64,000 nt of DNA from Heteronotia binoei (GCF_032191835.1 NC_083237.1:40176001-40240000); one strand, 5' to 3'; positions 23,264 through 36,584 are shown, counted from the first letter of the stretch. Numbers and translations: made by a program. The notes: a model not told the origin generated them from the letters alone.

Positions 23264-24530
23264 CATACCCCCATGTATTTTTTTCTGGGCAATCTCTCCT
23301 GCCTAGACATGTGCTACTCCACTGTTACTGTGCCCAAAATGCTGAGTGGCTTCTTAACAGAACACCAAGCAATTTCTTTTATTGAATGTCTGGTTCAATT
23401 GCATTTTTTTTTACTTCCTGGGCAGTGGTGAAGGCATCCTTCTAGGGGTTATGGCCTTTGATCGCTACGTGGCTATCTGCAACCCTCTGCGCTACACAGT
23501 CATCATGAATAAATTGACTTGCCTTCTGTTAGCTGGGGCCACCTGGGTTGCTGGCTTTTTTCATGCCATGATGCATACTGTGGCAACCTCTCAGTTATGG
23601 TTCTGTGGCCCCAATCATGTTCAGCACTTCCTCTGTGATGTCAAACCTCTGTTAAAATTGGCCTGCAGTAACACCACCCTCAACCTCAGCCTCCTTAATA
23701 TTGTTACTGGCTGCATTGCTATGAGTGGCTTCTTCCTCACTTTTCTCTCCTACTTGTACATCATATCCTTCCTCTTCTTCAAAGTCCAGTCCTGGAAGAG
23801 TCGCTGGAAAGCCTTCTCTACTTGTGCCTCCCACCTGACTGTTGTGGCTCTTTTTTATGTTCCAGTTCTTTCCAACTACTTGCTTGCATCTGTTGGGGAG
23901 TCTGCTAAAAGAGAGATGATCATCACTATATTGTACAGTGCAGTCACTCCAGTTTTGAATCCTCTGATCTATACATTGAGAAATCAAGAGGTAAAATCTG
24001 CTCTGAAAAAAATATTCAGCCAGAAACATTTGTTTGGAAGGATATGAATTTTTTTTCTCATCCTATCTCCACATTTCTATCATGCTGGTAACTGACCAGC
24101 ACACATTCATTATCTAAAATAGGCATGTGTGATAACTGGTGGCCCTTGTTAAGTGATTTCTGAGCAAACTAAACTGGGCTGCAAACCATGATAATCAAAG
24201 TGAACAGGGTTATGCCTACCCCAATTTTGCTGGCCTTGATTTGCTCCCATATAAATTGGTTCCAAATTGTTGGGAATCCTGAAACATAGAGATAGTTTCA
24301 TTGTGATATGATGTGAATAAGGTTTGTGGAGTTACTCCATTGACTGCAACCCTGTGAAAATGTATCTAAGACTATCCCTTAATGTTCTCACTCCCACATT
24401 ATCTATATCTTTGTTAAAATCTAGCTGCCTTGATAGCCCAGCTTAACCTGAGCTCATCAGCGCTTGGAAGCTAAGCAAGGCTGGCTAAGTTAGTGCTGCT
24501 AAGAACACAGGAGTTGCTATACAAAAGAAG

Positions 24531-24896
24531 CAGGGTCGGATTAACAGGCCAAGTAGGCACTGGCCTATGGTCCCCCATGCCTTTATGGGCCACAGGATGG
24601 CTCCCCCCCTCCCCAGTTTTCACCCTCCTTGGAGCCCTCCCAGCCTGTACACACAGCCAGCAACTGAGCCATTCTTTTCCTGATTGCCTGGTGAGGCTGC
24701 TGCTAGCATCATTGCCAAGTTTGCCTCTCTCTGCCTCTCCCCTGAAGCTTTGTCAAAACGGCTTTTGAGAAGGTGCCTGCAGGCTTCAGTGCGGGCCACA
24801 GGCAGTGGGGTAGGCACTTCAACTCTAAGATAATTTGTGAGGGGGTCCCAAGATTTTGACTGCCTAGGGGACTTCACAGGGTTTAATCTGGCACTG
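24531..24896. mobile_element. hAT MITE inserted in a 5S-derived SINE
   Basis: TIRs CAGGGTCGGATTAA…TTAATCTGGCACTG and an 8-bp TSD matching 7/8 (aaaagaag/aaaggaag). Confidence 0.75.
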
Positions 24897-26427
24897 AAAG
24901 GAAGACAATGGAAAACTACCTCTGCTTGTCTCTTGTTCTGAACACTGCATAGATGGGGTTGCCATGAGTTGGCTGCAACTAGGAACTCCCCCCCTCCCCG
25001 GAAAAAAAAAAATGAACCACAGTTTGAATCCAAAAAAGGCTGGCATATGGTTTGTTTCAAACTGGTTCATTTGGTCACACAATGCTGGAACTGGAAAATG
25101 AACTTGATGGTTTGTTTGGTTCATGTTTGTGGTTTGTTTTTCCAGATAGCTTGGTGCTGATTCAATCAATTCCTGGGCAATGCTGGGGATGGACTTCTGG
25201 AAGCTCTAGAAAGCAGACACAGGTGCTCCGGGAAACCTCAGCTTCAGCTCTCACAACATAGCACCCATAGCAGTTGTCCATAGCTTGATTGGCAGCTCTG
25301 GGAGCCAATCACAGAGCTACCATTCTGCTCTATGGGAACTGACACCCTGACTCTACTGCTTCCACTTTGTAGCATGAAGAGAGGAGAACTAGTTGTTGTG
25401 AGAGCTGAAGCTGAGGATTCCTGGAGCACCTGTGTCTGCTTTGGCAGGGAGGGTGGGATATAAATCAAATAAACATAAACACCTGCTTTGGAGGACTACA
25501 ACATAGACATTCCAAATGTTATAGTCACCAAATTTGGAGGGTGGGTGGAGGAGATTCTGCTGAAGACCTCTGATGAGATTGGCATCTCTAACTTGTGAGG
25601 GGGCTGTTCTATGCCTCCTGAACTAAATAAACCATGAACCAGTTTGGAAAATCAAATAAACTGCAAATCAACATGAACTACCAATTCAGGCAATCAAATG
25701 AACCACAAACCAACATGAAACACCGTTTTCCCAGTTCCCATCTCTAGTTACAACTAGACAACACATTTTTATTGTTGTTCAAATCAATCAAGTAAAAATA
25801 GTAAACATTTTGGGGAGATGAGTGCATGCCTGAAATCCATTGCCAGGAGCCAAGGCATTTCCTGATAGATTTCTGTTGCCTTATATGAGATAAACTTGGT
25901 TTCATTAACAGTTATGGCAGCTTATTTGGCAGGATACTCACAATGAACCTCATGATGTACAGGAGACACATGAAGAAAGAACGGAATAACATGTAATTGA
26001 TCATTCACAAAATTCCATTATGATCTATCCTACTAAAGAGTCCCTAATAAAGTCTGGGTATGGAGTAGGAGATGTTCCCATTCACACATGGCAATATGCA
26101 TAAAGGAAAAGATAACCAGAAAAGTTATATAGTGCTCAGTCATGTCCACATGCTCTCTCATGACATTGTGGCTAATGGCAGAAGTACAGGGATAACTCTT
26201 AGAAGAGACAGCGATCAAGAAAACTACATTGTCTATGTTTGAGAAATTTGATCTCATTTCTAAGTTTCCTAGGATCTCAGAAGCAGAGGAAATCTAAGAG
26301 ATTTCATTTTTTAAAAAAAATTAACATTAATTATGCCATAGAAGTTTTGGCCACCAAAACTGTTGTCTCAGGAATGGCTAGAGCAAAGGAAGCTGGAAAA
26401 GTCCCTCATAGTTTCTCCAAAGAGAAT

Positions 26428-26879
26428 TTGGCTCCTCCCTGGCCGCTCCATAATAGTGGCTATAGGCCAAAGGGCTGTCTTTTGCTACCCCGGAGGATCG
26501 GGAGGCTAGACTGGCTTCCTGGGCATCCGGGGAACTAGTGGGGTGGAACACAGGGGCTATATTAGCCCCGGCCCTGCCCAAAGCCATGCAGTTGTTTTTT
26601 GGTTCCCCCTAAATTGGCTCCTTTTGTATGCTCGAGGCCTAAGTTTGGGGAGGTGAAGTTTTGGCCTAGCTGACCTGGCATCAGCCACATCACTGTGGCT
26701 CATGCCGGGGGCAGGGTGGCTCGCCCATCACTGGACAAGGAAGGGTCATGGGACAACCCTGGGAGTTTATCTAGCTTCAGATAGCCCTTGCTGTGCTAGT
26801 TACATTATAGTTATGTTTAATAAGGTGGCCCATTTTACCCAACATACAGTGTCAGCCTCTTTATTCCGACTGGAGGGGC
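26428..26879 (+). mobile_element. Miniature non-coding derivative (452 bp) of the YR retrotransposon group
   Basis: The 5' end AAT|ttggctcctccctggccg resembles element 1 (AAT|tcggccccttcccagccg). The 3' end aataaggtggccc…ctctttattccgactggaggggc|AA matches the 3' termini of the copies at 31427, 61594 and 63140. Confidence 0.75.
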
Positions 26880-27639
26880 AAAGAAGGGCTGTGATTACTC
26901 TGGAGGCTTTGCATAGTTCAGGCACACCTCTAATTGTGATGATTAAAATTTTTGCTGACCAGACAGCACACCCTGAGGTGGTTTCCCTGTGCTCTCGGCA
27001 GATGGTCAGGCATCCACATGACTGCAGTGCTTCAGCCATAGACAGTGCTCTCCACTAATTTTTTTTTTAAAAAAAATGCAGGCAGGTGCAGCATTTTTTA
27101 AAAAAATGGCTGAAATGGATCTGCTGGACTCACCACCCAGCTTCAGTTTGCAACAGGGGGAGTTCAGATGCCCAGGAATGTGGAGTGGAAGCCAGAATAT
27201 TGGACTTTCCCTAGTGTCTGACCACTCTGCTTCCATAGCAGGGCAAGGCAGGGTACCAATGACTAGGATGCAGAAGATGGATGTTGTCTTCTTTAAATCT
27301 GCAAAGGCACAGCAATAATATCACTGCAAACTGCTTGTGTGACCACAACCACGGTTTAGAAATAAATGAGATATTGTCAACTGAGCATCCCATTTCATCC
27401 ATCTGATGAAGCAGATTTAAGCCTGCAAAATTTCTGATATGGTAAAACACAAAAGCTTTTAATTATACTTTAAGCCTGGCTGTCATGGACTAATTTCCAG
27501 CAGTGTCCCTAAAAACTATACTGTGAATATAGACTAGCTAGGAAACATTGGTGGCTTGGATCTAGTCAGCTTTTCCTCTCAATCTTACCTGATATTTCTC
27601 CTTATTACTACCTTTGCTACACATTACTTTTGTCGGGAA

Positions 27640-30600
27640 GGGTTGCAAATACAGTAGAAGACAGAAACAGGATACAGGATGACCTTGACAGGCAGGAAAA
27701 CTGGGCTAAAACCAACAAAATGAATTTTAACAGGGATCAATGTAAAGTTCTGCATTTCGGCAGGAAAATTCAATGCATGGTTATAGGATGGAGGAGACTT
27801 GTCTTAGCAGTAATAATAATAAAAATTTAATATTTTTTTTTATTTATATCCCGCCCTCCCCGCCGAGGCAGGCTCAGGGCGGCTCACAGGACATGGTGCA
27901 TACCATGATTACAATAAAATACAGTTTACAATAAAATACAGTTAAAATACAATTAAATTACAAATTCATAAATTGTTAAGTAAATAAATTAAAACCAGTA
28001 TAAATTGAAGGTGCTATAGTTCAATACATATATATATAAAGATGGCTAGATGTCATTACCAGGATTCCACTTTAAAAGCAAGTTGGAAGAGGACGGTTTT
28101 ATAAGCCCTGCGGAACTGATTGAGGTCCTGCAGGGCTCACACCTCCTCTGGCAGCTGATTCCACCATTGGGGAGCCATTATCGAGAAGGCCTGCTCCCTT
28201 GTTGTTTTAAGCTTGGCCTCCCTTGGTACAGGGATTTTTAGAAGATTTTGAGAACTAGATCTCAGTGCTCTCTGGGGAACATATGGAGAGAGGCGGTCCC
28301 TAAGGTAGGCAGGTCCTCGGCCATATAGGGCTTTAAAGGTAATAACCAGCACCTTGTAACAAACTCTGTACACAATTGGCAGCCAGTGCAGGTCCCGCAG
28401 CCTAGGCCGTACATGTTCCCACTGAGGTAGTCCCACTAACAGCCTGGCTGCTGCATTCTGCACTACTGCAGTTTCCGAGTTCGGTACAGGGGCAGCCCCA
28501 TGTAGAGGGCATTACAATAGTCCAACCTCGAGGTGACCGTTGCATGGATCACTGTTGCCAGGTCACTATGTTCCAGGAAGGGGGCCAACTGCCTCGCCCT
28601 CCTAAGATGGAAAAAGGCGGATTTAGCAGTGGCTGCTATCTCGGCCTCCATTGTCAAGGAAGGCTCCAGTAGCACTCCCAAGCTCCTGACCCTGCGCACT
28701 GGTATCAGTGACGCACCGTCAAAGGCTGGTAGGGAGATCTCCTCTCCCAGCCCGCCGTGACCTACGCAAAGGACCTCTGTCTTCGCTGGATTCAGCTTTA
28801 GCCCACTCAGCCTAAGCCAACCTGCCACGGCTTGCAACGCACGATCCAGGTTTATAGGGACATCATCAGTCCGGTCGCCCATCAATAGATAGAGCTGGGT
28901 GTCATCACCGTACTGATGGCAACCCAGCCCATGCTTCTGGGCAATCTGGGCAATGGGGCGCATGTAGATGTTAAACAACATCGGGGAGAGAACTGCCCCC
29001 TGAGGCACCCCACAATTAAGCAGGTGTCTCTGGGACAGCTCTCCTCCAATCGCCACCCTTTGTCCCTGACGCTCAAGGAAGGAGGAAAGCCACTGTAAGG
29101 CTAGCCCCCGAATTCCTGTGTCGGCGAGGCGGCGGGTCAGCAGCCAATGGTTGACCATATCGAACGCAGCCGATAGGTCTAACAACAGCAGTACCACTGA
29201 GCCGCCTCAATCCAGATGTCGCCGGAGGTCATCCATGAGGGCGACCAACATTGTCTCCATCCCATGGCCCGGGCAGAAGCCGGACTGGTATGGATCTAAG
29301 GTGGAAGCATCATCCAGGAAACCCTGTAACTGCAACGCCACAGCCCTCTCTATAATTTTGCCCCAAAAGGGCAAATTTGAGACCGGCCGGTAGTGTGCCA
29401 ATTTGACAGGATCTGATATAACCTTTTTCAGGAGAGGGCGGACCACTGCCTCTTTCAGGGATGTTGGAAAAGAGCCCTCCGAAACAGATCTATTTATGAT
29501 GTCCTGTATAAGACATCTTAGCTCTTCCTGGCAAGCCTTAATTAGCCAGGAGGGGCATGGGTCCAGATCAAAAGTAGTTGGGCGTGCAGTGACAAGGATT
29601 CTGTCGACTTCCTCCAAGCTGAGTGGATTGAAACAGTCCAGGATCAAACCAGAAGACACACACGGGGCCTCGAGTTCACTTATTGTATCCAATATGGCAG
29701 GGCAGTCGTGGCGGAGCGACTGGACCTTGTCTGCAAAAAATTTCGCAAAAGCCTCACAGCCTATCTCCAATTCCTTAACATTTGGCTTGCCTTTTGGCAA
29801 TGTAGTAAAATTCTGAATTATCCTAAACAATTATGCCGGGCGTGAATTTGCAGATGCAATCTTAGCTGCAAAGTATGTTTTCTTTGTGGCCTTGACTGCC
29901 ATCTCATAGGACCTCATAAACTCCCTATAAGATGTTCTGGTCACTTCGTCACGTGTACGCCACCTTTGCCTCTCTAGCCGTCTGAGACCTTGTTTCAGCT
30001 GGCGTAGCTCTGGGGTGTACCACGGAGCCAGCCTAATCCGAGGTCATAGAGGGTGTCGAGGTGCAATCTCATCAATGGCCCTAGAGAGCCGGCTATTCCA
30101 GGCCATTGAGAGAATCGCCAGAGGGCCAGGGATCCCGCAGAGCCGTTTGGAACCGTTCTGGGTCCATCTGGCTCCGTGGGCGAGCCATAATAAGCTTGTC
30201 GCCTAAACAGATTTGGGGTGGCATATCTACACAAGCCCTAAGGGCGAGGTGGTCTGACCATGGCATCGCTTCGGCAGTTATATCGTCCACCGTAACCCCG
30301 GCTGCAAAGATCAAGTCTAACATGTGCCTGGCCTGGTGAGTGGGGGCTATGACAAATTGAGAGAGTCCTAGCATCACCATGGATGACACTAGGTCTGTCG
30401 CCTGACTAGAGGTCACGTCATCAGCATGGACGTTGAAGTCACCCAGGATTACCAGCCTTGGATGCTCCAACGCCCAGCCTGTCGCCGCCTCAAGTAGGGA
30501 CGGTAAGGCGCTGGCTGGTGCAGTAGGAGTACGGTACACCAGCCAGATTGCCAACCCCTCAGTAGTATGTGTGAAAAGGATCTAGGGGTCTTAGTGGATC

Positions 30601-30815
30601 AAATGCTGAACATGAGTCAACAGTGTGATGTGGTGGCTAAAAAGGCAAACACAATTTTGAGCTGTATCAACAGAAGTATAGCGTCCAGATCACGTGAAGT
30701 GATGGTATCACTTTACTCTGCTCTGGTAAGACCTCACTTGGAGTACTGTGTTCAGTTTTGGGCACCACATTTTAAGAAGGATATAAACAAGCTGGTCCAG
30801 AGGAGGGCGACAAAG
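27640..30815 (+). mobile_element. CR1 LINE RT fragment (about 27640-27810 and 30563-30815) split by an L2 insertion
   Basis: DDLDRQENWAKTNKMNFN…CKVLHFG continues as [10 protein letters not shown]…[16 protein letters not shown] short TSD-like cagta sits on both sides of the L2. Confidence 0.85.
27811..30562 (-). mobile_element. L2-clade LINE, 5'-truncated (APE C-terminus plus RT), frameshifted
   Basis: LGDFNVH…PTH…LDLIF…SDH, DLSAAFD, GVPQGAVLSPMLF, YGDDTQLY and SRLDYCNALY. The 3' end is gcgggatataaataaaa. Confidence 0.9.
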
Positions 30816-32221
30816 AAGGGAAGGAAGAGGCAGCAGGGCAGCTACTTTGACAAGCTACACCTCTTAAAGAAAGCATTTGCTATCTGCTGTTGACCCCCTG
30901 TAGGATTAGCTAATAATAGCTTGGTAATGAATAATTTGAACTGACCATCATTAGCATGATGGTGGGATTCAGCCTGGGAAGGAGAGATCTTGGTGCTGAG
31001 CAGTATCTTTTCAAACCTGATAATGGCTTCTCTAGTGGGAGAATGGAGTTTGGCACCTTATAGCGCATTGTATGCTGGCAAGGATAAGCAAGCCCTCTGG
31101 TTAAGTTTGGAGCCAAGGTGGATGTCAGGCTCTGTTCATCTATGATACTAATAAAAGCTGTTACTAATCATATTCACTACTGCATAGAAATGCCTACTAA
31201 CATAGAAGCCGGGGTAGCAAAGAGGGAGGGGGGAAGAGTAGAGAACTTCCCAGGAATATCAAAGGTTGCCAAGATCTCCTTGAAGTAGACAGTATGTGCC
31301 AGATTCTCACCCCCTCTCCGGAGGCCCCAAGGACATTGCCTCCGGGAAATGTAACCACCAACTGAAGAGATAAGGGGGGGGGGGGAAGCATTGGGAAAAG
31401 TCTCACATGCAAAGCAGCCTTTTGTTGCCCCCCAAGTCGGAATAAAGAGACGGACACAATTAGATTGGTGAAACTATGGGCCACTTTTATTAAAATAACC
31501 AGCAACGGCAAGGGCAACTGAACTGCGGCCAGGTCAGGGCCAGGGGTCTCCTCAGACCACTCCCCTGCCTTTTTCAGCGGGTGAGAGACCCGGCCCCCCA
31601 GCCGGAGCTGTGAGCCACAGCTCCTATTAGGCAGGCCCAGCAAGGAGGCTCGCACCGGAGGGCCCAAACACCAGACGCGAGTCTCAGTGAAAGGCACCCA
31701 TCCAATCGAGTCTCCAGGACAGTCTGCATTCACATACCTCGGTCCACACTAAAGGTTGATCCTGCCAGACCCCTAACTCCCCAAAAGGGGGAGGCTAACC
31801 GGTCCTCCCCAGGCCGCATGGTGCCATAAACCCCGTAAAATGTGCCACAACTAAGGCCAAGTCTCTACTTAGGGCTTAGCACCCACAGAAAGGCCCAAAG
31901 CCAACACAAGCCCTTGCCATAAATCCCTCAGGAAAAGCATATTACCCTTTTCTGAGAGATGCACACCATCCCCTCTGTAGAGGTCGGGGCATTCCTTAGA
32001 AATATCTGGATGGGGCAAATAGTGGCCCAAACCACCCTCCGAAACCTTGAAAAATCTCCTTATTCGCTCTATAACGAGCCCTTTCTAATCCAGCTGGATT
32101 CCAAGCACTGCGCCACACCAAGCGCGGAATCATGGCCGACCAAACTATAATGGTACCAGGCCATCTGTTCCTTATGTACTTGAAATCATCTCAGGCCTGC
32201 AAGATCAAAGCCTTGCCTTTA

Positions 32222-33103
32222 GTAAGTATGTAAGTAAGTAAAATTTTATTTGTATCCCGCCCTCCCCCGCTGAAGCAGGCTCAGGGCGGCTAACAACATT
32301 TAAAAGTGAACAATACAATAATAAGACATTAAAATCACATTAAAACCAATCAATAATTAATTAAAACATTTCTAAATCTAATACTATTAAGTCTGGCAGT
32401 AAACATTATTGTTTGACGCTATGTCTGTCAGATGGCGTAGTGGTGGTGGATCCCTAGACCAGACCATTTTGGTGTTTCCTTTGTTGTGCACCCATAATTC
32501 AGTCATTGACAAACGCCTGTTTAAAGAGGGTAGTCTTGCAGGCCCTGCGGAACTGGTCTAAGTTCCGTAGGGCCCATACTTCCTCTGGGAGCTGATTCCA
32601 GAGGTGTGGGGCCATGGCGGAAAAGGCCCGAGTGCGGGTGTTTTGAAGTTTAACTTCTTTTGGCCCAGGGATAGTCAGTCTGTTTTTTCCTACTGACCTC
32701 AGTGCTCTCTGGGGCTCATATGGGGAGAGACGGTTCCTCAGGTAAGTCGGTCCTTGGCCATATAGGGCTTTAAAGGTAATGACCAGCACTTTGTACTGGA
32801 TCCGGTATACAATCGGCAGCCAGTGCAGTCCGCGCAGCCCCTGCCGTATATGCTCCCATCTTGGGAGACCAAGTAGCAGCCTGGCCGCCGCATTCTGCAC
32901 TAGCTGTAACTTCCGGGTCCGGCACAGAGGCAGCCCCATGTAGAGAGCGTTACAGTAGTCCAGTCTTGAGGTGACCATCGCATGGATCACCATTGCTAGG
33001 TCCTGACGCTCTAGGAAAGGAGCCAACTGCCTCGCCCGCCTCAGATGGAAAAATGCTGACTTGGCAGTGGCTGTTATCTGGGCCTCCATTGATAGTGAAG
33101 GCT
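32222..33103 (-). mobile_element. L2 LINE 3' fragment inserted in the SGNH region of the YR element
   Basis: SRLDYCNALYMGLP…HWLPIVYRIQYK, with the same 3' end family as 27811-30562. Confidence 0.88.
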
Positions 33104-34990
33104 ATCACTAATCAGCCCGAGATCATTCCCTCCCAGGTGAACAATTAATACTTGCGGAGGAGGGCCCAAACACCCATGAAATAAGAAAAGGGGGGGGACA
33201 AGCCAGGCCACTGAAGACCCCTGCTCCCCCGCCATTCAACCGTAACATATTTGCTGAGCCCCAGCTGAGAGCCAACAGCAGTTCTCCGAGCTTGACTGTG
33301 CCCGCAGATGAGAACTCTGCTCCTCCGGCCAGGAACAACAGCATCTAAAAGGAAAAACATACAAGTTATAAAACCCAAACTTAAACTACCCCCCCCCCCC
33401 CCGCTCCTAATAACAACTCCCAGTGGAGCAAAGGGGCAAACAGCACTTTTGTAAGCCTGAGATCGCCAACGGCCAAGGCTGAATGGACGAAGTAGGATAA
33501 CCCAGGGCAGCAGCCGTAGAGGCCGCACCGATTCTAAGAAATGGATACAAAACCTCACTCCAAATAACCCCGAAATTGATGTCTTGCCAGAGGGCCACCC
33601 TCAAAATGGCAGAACAACAACCTTTCGCAACCTCAGAGCTACCTTACCCCCTGATAACTTAACATCCCTACCTGAAACTAAAACTTTTAACAAATATAAA
33701 CTGTCCCCCTTATGTGGGTACCTGCGAAGGCATTCCTCAAGAGGACCCACCTTCATCGGGCTGAGGCCCTTCTCCAGATTGAGAAGGGCCCCTCCCCTAA
33801 TCCTTTCTGACCCTTGCGTGCCAGACTCTCGGGCAGTTGTTGAAAGAGTGTGGGCCGGCGCACAGGGGGCATTCGTGCTTGAACTGGCAAGCTTTAGGAC
33901 TGCACGCCCCCTGGGCCCCAAACTCCCAGCAGAGCAAGCGGTGCTGAACTGCCTGCCCTGCAGCGCTGCGGGAGGATACTGAAGCACTGGAAGGAGAAGA
34001 GGAATCCTTGGTTACAAGGTGACCACTGTCGGATCAATCCCCCAAATTGGGCCAAGCAGGTGACATCGCCTGCAGCCACAACTGCTGGTGAATCTGATCC
34101 CAAGGGAGTGAAGGGTACAAAGCGGCCCTCATCCTGAACTCCTGGTCATATTGGATCCAGGCCGGGCCGCTGAACATCGTATACCCCTTGTATATGATGT
34201 CCATATACTGAATCAACTCTGTGTCACACAGTGGCCAAAACACCCAAATGCCATCAAGAGGTCCAGCTCCTCCTTGTCCTTTTTCTCCAATTCCCTAAAT
34301 AAGATTCCCTTTTAAGATTTTCTCCCTCGTGGCAGGCAGCAGGTGATCACCCAGCGGCAAAGCCACTTCCCCAAAAGCCATAGCACTAAAGGGGACCGCC
34401 CCGTACGGAGATGGGCAACCCCAGCCTCCAGGCCAAGCCGCTGCTGACCCCTGCTGCCCCACCCCGGGCCAATTACCAAACGGACCGAACTGACCCTGTG
34501 GCCATGTCCAGTTGCTCAGCTGCTCTAAACCTAGAACAGAAGGAGCCCCAGCACCGCCTAACGGAGCACCCGCCCCACTAGGACCAGCAGACCCCCAAGT
34601 CCCCCAAGGCCATACAGGCCCAGAATGAGGCAAAGAGCCGTCCCCCGACTTACCAGAAGGTAAAGCAGGCACCAAAGCTGATCTGGTACCGCCCGCACCG
34701 GACAACAGGCCCACTCCAACATCAGAGCCAGCGGGCCCCACAGCTCCTCCAGCAGCAACCGCAGCAGATCTGCCCTCCAAAAGAGGTAAGCGGGTCATTA
34801 TATCTGCCTGCAAAGCACGCTTAGACAACCGCCCCTTCTTGGGCAACTGAGAAGGTGGAAACCCCGATGCCTGCTCAAGTGCCCGCAGCCTCTGAAAAAT
34901 GGCTGCATTAACTTCATCATCCCCTTCCTCTTCCGACGAAGGGGGAGCAGAGGCTTAGATGGAGGCTTAGGAGCCTTAGGGGCAGGCTGT

Positions 34991-35433
34991 TTCTCTTTTG
35001 ACTTTCCACTGGCTGTGACAAGCATAATTGAACTCCAAACGGAGTTCTGGCCATCACATTTAAAGGGACGGCACCCCTTTTGAATGCCTTCCTTCCATAT
35101 GAAATAATGAAGGATAGGGGCGCCTTTTTGGGGCTCATAGAATTGGACCCGCTGATCCAATCTTTTTGAAACTTGGGGGGTATTTTGGGGAGAGGCACTA
35201 GATGCTATACTGAAAATTTGGTGCCTCTACCCCAAAAAACAGCCCCCCCAGAGCCCCAGATACCCACGGATCAATTCTCCGTGATTTTCTATGGGAATAA
35301 ATCTCCCTAGGGAATAATAGAGTTCCCACCAGACATTTCCCTCCCCTCCCCCCGCTTTCTGATGACCCTGAAGCGCGGGGAGGGTCTCCAAACTGGGGGA
35401 TCCCCTGCCTCCACCTGGGGATTAGCAACCCTA
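34991..35433 (+). mobile_element. hAT MITE fragment (TAGGGTTGCCA family), left end missing
   Basis: Collinear with 47915-48330; ends in ttagcaacccta. Confidence 0.75.
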
Positions 35434-36059
35434 TATTTTCCAACCCAGACTGGGCAACTCTACCTCTGGGCTTGGCTTGCCGGAGTCAAACATTTTGCCC
35501 TTTCTGCTAGCAAGGCAATGGAGAGGCAATCACTACCCAATTATTTTTAGAGTGTTTTACACATGGCTGCAAATCACTGAGCAGGGAGTAAAACTGCAGC
35601 CACGATCCTTTCTCACCCCTCTCGTGGTGGCCGGCCAGCTCTCTTACCGTTTTGTAGATAATTCTCCCCAGGCCCTGTGAATTTATCTGCATGGTCACTC
35701 AGCAGAACTAACAGCAAATGAATTCCAATTTCCCCTCTGAAGAGAAGCTCTCGCCCTTAAAAATTATTGCATTTTGTAAAAGGCTTGTATCCACACCAAG
35801 CCAAAACCCTCAGAAGGCTTAAAAACACAATGAGGAAGGGGTGCAAAAAACAACTGCCAGTCCTGGGAGAGAGGGACACAGCAGTCCACACCACACAGGG
35901 CTCCGCCAGAACATCAACGGTGCCCGACCCGCACAATTCCATCGGCGGCGCAAGACAGACCGGTGCACCCCAAAGTCGCGCAGCATGCCGGGGTCTGTCG
36001 TCCCCACTGGCGCCCAAACCGCAGAGTGACAGGGGCCTGGTGGGACGAGGGAGAGGAGA

Positions 36060-36440
36060 CCCTCCGCCGCTCTCCCCAGGCAGCCTGCAGCGGTGGCGGC
36101 AGCAGCGGCGGCCTGTGCCGCGGCCGCTCTCCTCAGGCAGCCCGTAGCACTGGTGGCGGCCGCTCTCCTTAGGCAGCCCGTAGTGGCGGCAGCAGTGGCC
36201 TGTGCCTGTGCCACGGCCGCTCTCTTCAGGTAGCCTGTAGTGGCGGCAGCAGTGATGGTGGCCGCTCTCCTCAGGCAGCCTGCAGCGGCGGCTGCTCTCC
36301 TTAGCCTGTAGTGGCGGCAGCGGCCGCTCTCCTCAGGCAGCCTGTAGCAGCGGTGGCGGCAGCGGCAGCAGCCACTCTCCTCAGGCAGCCTGCAGCGGCC
36401 TGTGCCTGTGCCTGTGCCAGCGGCACCGGCCGCTCTGGTG
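36060..36440. repeat. GC-rich minisatellite with 8 copies of the core GGCCGCTCTCCTCAGGCAGCCTG(T/C)AG
   Basis: Cores near 36066, 36122, 36158, 36215, 36260, 36290, 36322 and 36370, separated by variable GCG/GCA-rich spacers. Confidence 0.85.
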
Positions 36441-36584
36441 CCACCGTGGCAGCGGAGGGCACCGTGAGGGGGAAGCACCATCCCTCCCCCACTTCCAGAT
36501 TTTTGGAGAGCGGGGGAGGAGGCTGCCAACCTGGAGGTCCCCCGCCAGGGCAGGAGGGTTGGGAAGCCTACCCAAGAGCAAGGG

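Larger units (their letters stand above)
13391..24047 (+). pseudogene. OR12D-like pseudogene in three pieces: 13391-13519, 19491-19528 and 23269-24047
   Basis: The pieces reconstruct a near-identical paralogue of 5608-6549. It is interrupted by a YR retrotransposon and a copia element, and has a 9-T run near 23404-23412 (8 T in the intact copy) that causes a +1 frameshift. Confidence 0.95.

Noticed and set aside
23382-24047. 221-aa ORF as an intact short OR
   Set aside because: It is the 3' piece of the disrupted gene; its N-terminus is out-of-frame sequence created by the extra T.
30840-31100. Faint OR TM5-TM6 resemblance (KKAFAICC on plus; SYY…ILQ on minus)
   Set aside because: Too short and inconsistent in strand to support a pseudogene call.
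36060-36440. Repeat-spacer pattern resembling a CRISPR array
   Set aside because: Vertebrate DNA, spacers are low-complexity variants of each other with irregular lengths, and no cas genes are present; it is a minisatellite.
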